Assembly: GCA_025451715.1 (NCBI GenBank)
Contig: JANWJY010000140.1
Coordinates: 1 to 39,007 of the forward strand
DNA: 39,007 nt
Source of the DNA: Fimbriimonadaceae bacterium
GTDB taxonomy: Bacteria; Armatimonadota; Fimbriimonadia; Fimbriimonadales; Fimbriimonadaceae
Direction of reading: 5' to 3'
This document shows, piece by piece, positions 37,031 through 39,007 of this stretch (position 1 is the first letter of the stretch; the number at the start of each line of letters is the position of its first letter). Under the pieces are notes generated by a model that worked only from the letters and a program-made list of their open reading frames with translations, made no database searches and was not told the origin of the DNA. Both the position numbers and the translations under genes were made by a program.

Positions 37031-37067
37031 TCGGCTTTCCGAGCGCGACTGGTACCCTCAAACCCCC

Positions 37068-38408
37068 ATGTCCTCAGAACTGCCGACAGTCGTCATCGTC
37101 GGCCGCCCCAACGTCGGAAAGAGCACGCTCTTCAACCGGATCGCGGGGCGGAGGATCGCTGTCGTCCAAGACACGCCCGGGGTGACGCGAGACCGGCTCT
37201 ACGCCGAGTGTGAGCGCCACGGGCGGCGTTTTCAGCTTGTCGACACGGGCGGAATCCTGTTCGGCGACGACGACCCGCTCGTCGAGCAGATCAAGGTGCA
37301 GGCCGAGGTCGCGATAAGCGAGGCGGACGTCGTGCTTTTCATGGTCGATGCGATCGACGGGCCGATGCCTGGCGACTGGGACCTCGCCGAGCGGCTGCGA
37401 GGTTTTGAAAAGCCAGTGTACCTGATCGTCAACAAGGCCGACAACAAGGAACGCGAGCAGATCGCGAACGAGTTCTTCGCGCTCGGTGTAGGAGAGCTTG
37501 TTCCCGTGAGCTCCGTGCACGGCACTGGTGTCGAAGATATGCTCGAGCGCGTCGTAGAGGACTTTCCGAAGCACCTCGGCGAAATGCCGGACGACACGCT
37601 CAAGCTCGCGATCATCGGGCGCCCTAACGTCGGCAAGTCGTCGATGCTCAACGCGCTGGTCGGAGAAGAGCGTGCGATCGTCAGCGACATCCCCGGCACG
37701 ACGCGCGACGCGATCGACACACCGATCGTGTACAAGGGCCAGGCGTTCCGGCTGATCGACACGGCGGGAATCCGCCGTCGAGGCAAGGTCCAGGGAAGCA
37801 TCGAGTACTACATGGTGTTGCGCGCAACGAAGGCGATGGAGCGCGCTGACTGCGCGCTCGTGGTGATCGATGGAGTGGACGGCCTCACGGACGGCGACAA
37901 GCGTGTGATGAAGACCGCGCACGACATGGGCAAGCCGATCGTCATCGCAGTCAACAAGTGGGACGCGGTCGAGCCGCCTACGGGCGATCTTGGCAAGAAC
38001 TCACCGGCGAAGCGCGACTTTCTCAGGACGATCCGAGACCAGATGCCAGAGTGCGCATATGCCATTGTGAGGTATACGAGCGCGCTCGAGTCGTCAGGGC
38101 TCGACGGGGTGATGAAGGCCGTGCGGGCGGCTTTCGACAATTGGAACTTCCGCACGACCACGGGCGAGCTTAACCGGATCGTGCAAGACGCCGTGTTCGA
38201 GAAGCCGCTCAACCGAAAGGGAAAGGCCGCCAAAGTCCGGTACGTCACCCAGGCCGAATCGCGCCCACCAACGATCGTGATGTTCGTCAACGACCCCGAG
38301 CTGTTCCACTTCTCCTACGTGCGTTACATCGAGAACCAGGTTCGTAAAGTGCACCCCCTCGAAGGCACCCCCGTCCGGGTCGTGGCGCGGCGCAGTTCGG
38401 GCCCGTGA
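37068..38408 (+). CDS. der: ribosome biogenesis GTPase Der (EngA)
   Basis: Two tandem GTPase domains (GRPNVGKSTLFN ... DTGG; GRPNVGKSSMLN ... DTAG) plus a KH-like C-terminus. Start at ATG 37068. Confidence 0.92.
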   Translation: MSSELPTVVIVGRPNVGKSTLFNRIAGRRIAVVQDTPGVTRDRLYAECERHGRRFQLVDTGGILFGDDDPLVEQIKVQAEVAISEADVVLFMVDAIDGPMPGDWDLAERLRGFEKPVYLIVNKADNKEREQIANEFFALGVGELVPVSSVHGTGVEDMLERVVEDFPKHLGEMPDDTLKLAIIGRPNVGKSSMLNALVGEERAIVSDIPGTTRDAIDTPIVYKGQAFRLIDTAGIRRRGKVQGSIEYYMVLRATKAMERADCALVVIDGVDGLTDGDKRVMKTAHDMGKPIVIAVNKWDAVEPPTGDLGKNSPAKRDFLRTIRDQMPECAYAIVRYTSALESSGLDGVMKAVRAAFDNWNFRTTTGELNRIVQDAVFEKPLNRKGKAAKVRYVTQAESRPPTIVMFVNDPELFHFSYVRYIENQVRKVHPLEGTPVRVVARRSSGP

Positions 38409-38426
38409 AAAGTCCAAGTCGGGCGG

Positions 38427-38432
38427 TAGAAT
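38427..38432 (+). promoter_or_regulatory. putative -10 element (cGGTAGAAT) for grpE
   Basis: TAGAAT lies 16 nt upstream of ATG 38449, with an AGGAG SD in between. Confidence 0.3.
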
Positions 38433-38448
38433 CCTGGGAATAGGAGCT

Positions 38449-39007
38449 ATGAGTCTGGAAAACGAGAAGATCCAGGAACCTGTTGCGGAGGACGGCCCGC
38501 AAGAACCCTCTAACGGCACACAAGAAGAGAGGCCAAAGGAGAAGAAACGGAAAGGGCACGACGAGCAGGTCGCCAAGCTTCAAGCCGAAGTAGCGTCGCT
38601 TCGCGACCAGATGGTGCGCTCCATGGCCGAGGCACAGAACATACAAAGGCGCATGCGTGAGCAGCACGAGGAGGCGCTAAAGTACGCGGCGCAACCCGTT
38701 GTCACTGCGCTCCTCCCCGTGCTAGACAACCTGGAGCGCTCGCTTGCATCGTTAGAGATGGGAGCGAGCCCGGACAAGGTCTTGGAGGGCGTGAGGGCTA
38801 TCGACAGGCAACTCCGGCAAGTGCTCTCATCCATCAATGTCGAGCGCATCGATGCGGTCGGCCAGGAGTTCAACCCCGAGGTGCACGAGGCGCTGACGAC
38901 CACGGTTTCCGAGGATCACAAGGAGAACACGGTCCTCGCAGAGATCGAGCCTGGATACAGGATGCACGGGCGGGTCATACGCCCGGCGCGGGTGCAGGTC
39001 AACAAAA
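38449..39007 (+). CDS. grpE: nucleotide exchange factor GrpE (3'-truncated by window edge)
   Basis: Not in the ORF track because there is no stop before the window end. My translation gives MSLENEKIQ...LKYAAQPVVTALLPVLDNLERSL...GQEFNPEVHEAL...GYRMHGRVIRPARVQV, which is typical of GrpE. Confidence 0.85.
   Translation, partial: MSLENEKIQEPVAEDGPQEPSNGTQEERPKEKKRKGHDEQVAKLQAEVASLRDQMVRSMAEAQNIQRRMREQHEEALKYAAQPVVTALLPVLDNLERSLASLEMGASPDKVLEGVRAIDRQLRQVLSSINVERIDAVGQEFNPEVHEALTTTVSEDHKENTVLAEIEPGYRMHGRVIRPARVQVNK

Overview
High-GC (hand-counted samples about 60-63% GC) bacterial chromosomal window. It is densely packed, mostly with housekeeping genes, and many genes overlap or abut. The several prepilin-leader / H-X9-DG proteins suggest a Planctomycetota/Verrucomicrobiota/Armatimonadota-like organism; this is inference only.

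Recognisable genes, in order:
- SRAP/YedK-like peptidase, a divergent DprA-like protein translationally coupled to an MTAP-type nucleoside phosphorylase, and a beta-CASP MBL ribonuclease
- GH127
- Two ECF sigma/anti-sigma pairs (6.3-7.5 kb and 21.4-23.5 kb)
- Gfo/Idh/MocA oxidoreductase, pstB, aroC, pterin-4a-carbinolamine dehydratase, pckA
- LCP protein, GH26-like hydrolase, rocD, MATE-like membrane protein, M28 peptidase, SDR
- Archaeal-type proS, DUF2207, amidohydrolase, ATL (Cys-less MGMT-like), DAACS symporter, tgt, der, and a grpE 5' fragment

Main items for a second look:
1. A 905-nt coding-free gap (30732-31636) packed with GNRA/UUCG-capped hairpins on the + strand. This is a candidate large structured ncRNA and is my best guess for the novel element.
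2. A lower-GC island (about 24.4-26.75 kb) carrying a type II C5-methyltransferase/PD-ExK endonuclease pair. It is bordered by a roughly 230-bp array of 21/42-bp tandem repeats whose AGCC/AACC cores recur every 10-11 bp (helical phasing).
3. Tandem heptamer arrays (consensus about WGAGWGC) that begin at the stop codon in all four non-zero convergent intergenic regions.
4. proS carries both a 1-nt frame disruption and an in-frame TAG.
5. A TTAACA-N5-TTAACA PhoP-type direct repeat lies in front of an orphan pstB.
6. A recurring GGTAnnnT -10-like element appears, in several cases 7-8 nt from the start codon (leaderless mRNAs).

All functional calls come from motif recognition by eye. No database search was run.
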